This document shows, piece by piece, positions 10,805 to 11,271 of a stretch of 11,271 bases of DNA (position 1 is the stretch's first letter; every line of letters begins with the position of its first letter). Below the pieces are notes generated by a model. That model searched no databases. It was not told where the DNA came from and worked only from the letters and a program-made list of their open reading frames with translations. The stretch is from positions 1-11,271 of the IMG/VR virus record IMGVR_UViG_2563366822_000010, one strand, 5' to 3'. The translations under genes and the position numbers were made by a program. Source of the stretch: a virus (taxonomy: Duplodnaviria > Heunggongvirae > Uroviricota > Caudoviricetes).

Positions 10805-11271
10805 TTGTCGGTATACCTCTCTCGTTTACTCAGTTGTTCAGGAATATGGTGCAGCAGCTCACCGTCGCCGCAGTAAATGGCGGCGTGATTCGGCACCGAT
10901 GAACCAAAACAGCACAGCAGCACATCGCCCGGCTGCGCCTCTGTCAGTGCGACACGGTAAAAACCAGTAGCCTCCATATTGTCAAGATAGAGATTCTGAC
11001 CGTGACGCCACCAGTCATCCCCGCGATGAAAATCCGGCATCTCAATCCCCGCCAGATGATAAGCATCCCGGAACAGCGTGTAACAGTCCGTCACCCCGTA
11101 CTCAAAGCGCCGCCCGGTGAGATGCGGCACACAGCGGAACTTATGAATCGTCCCCCGGCAGACCAGCCACCACGGCAAATCGCTCTGCACCTGCAGCCGC
11201 CGGTCAGCCTCACTCAGCCAGGGCAGACCACCGGGGTGGCTGTGGACCAGCGCCACAATCTCACCCTGCAT
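10702..11271 (-). CDS. K: Tail assembly protein K (JAMM/MPN-like plus NlpC/P60-like motifs); probably 5'-partial at the window edge
   Basis: Translation contains a JAMM-type metal-binding signature HSHPGGLPWLSEAD and a C-terminal papain-like arrangement (Cys in GVTDCYTLF, His in NHAAIYCGDG), the domain pair described for lambda K. Synteny (upstream of I, overlapping it) supports the call. The ORF is open to the last base of the window, and the JAMM motif sits only about 10 residues from the first visible Met, so the real start is probably beyond 11271. Confidence 0.88.
   Translation of the reverse strand: MQGEIVALVHSHPGGLPWLSEADRRLQVQSDLPWWLVCRGTIHKFRCVPHLTGRRFEYGVTDCYTLFRDAYHLAGIEMPDFHRGDDWWRHGQNLYLDNMEATGFYRVALTEAQPGDVLLCCFGSSVPNHAAIYCGDGELLHHIPEQLSKRERYTDKWQRRTHSLWRHREWHASAFTGICNDLAAASTFV

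Overview
The window is the distal tail-gene segment of a lambda-like (lambdoid, enterobacterial-type) prophage, all on the minus strand, in the order K (probably 5'-partial at the window edge) - I - inserted lipoprotein cassette - J - lom - stf - tfa. Convergent with tfa, on the plus strand, is a strongly AT-rich cargo island (about 1-1950) encoding a small multi-pass membrane protein and a reverse transcriptase whose reading frames overlap by 23 nt. This pair is the best candidate for an uncharacterised system: it looks like an RT-plus-membrane-effector anti-phage defence module, but I cannot assign it to a named family by eye, and no retron msr/msd RNA, DGR repeats or group II intron structure is visible in the window. 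The second notable point is that J is split into two ORFs by an 82-bp insertion made of a perfect 63-bp tandem duplication plus 19 bp that match, from memory, the Illumina TruSeq adapter core. That is most likely an assembly artefact, not a real pseudogene. A second AT-rich cassette between I and J carries a small lipoprotein gene with its own terminator. Protein identifications rest on recalled lambda sequences and motif reading only; no searches or computations were run.
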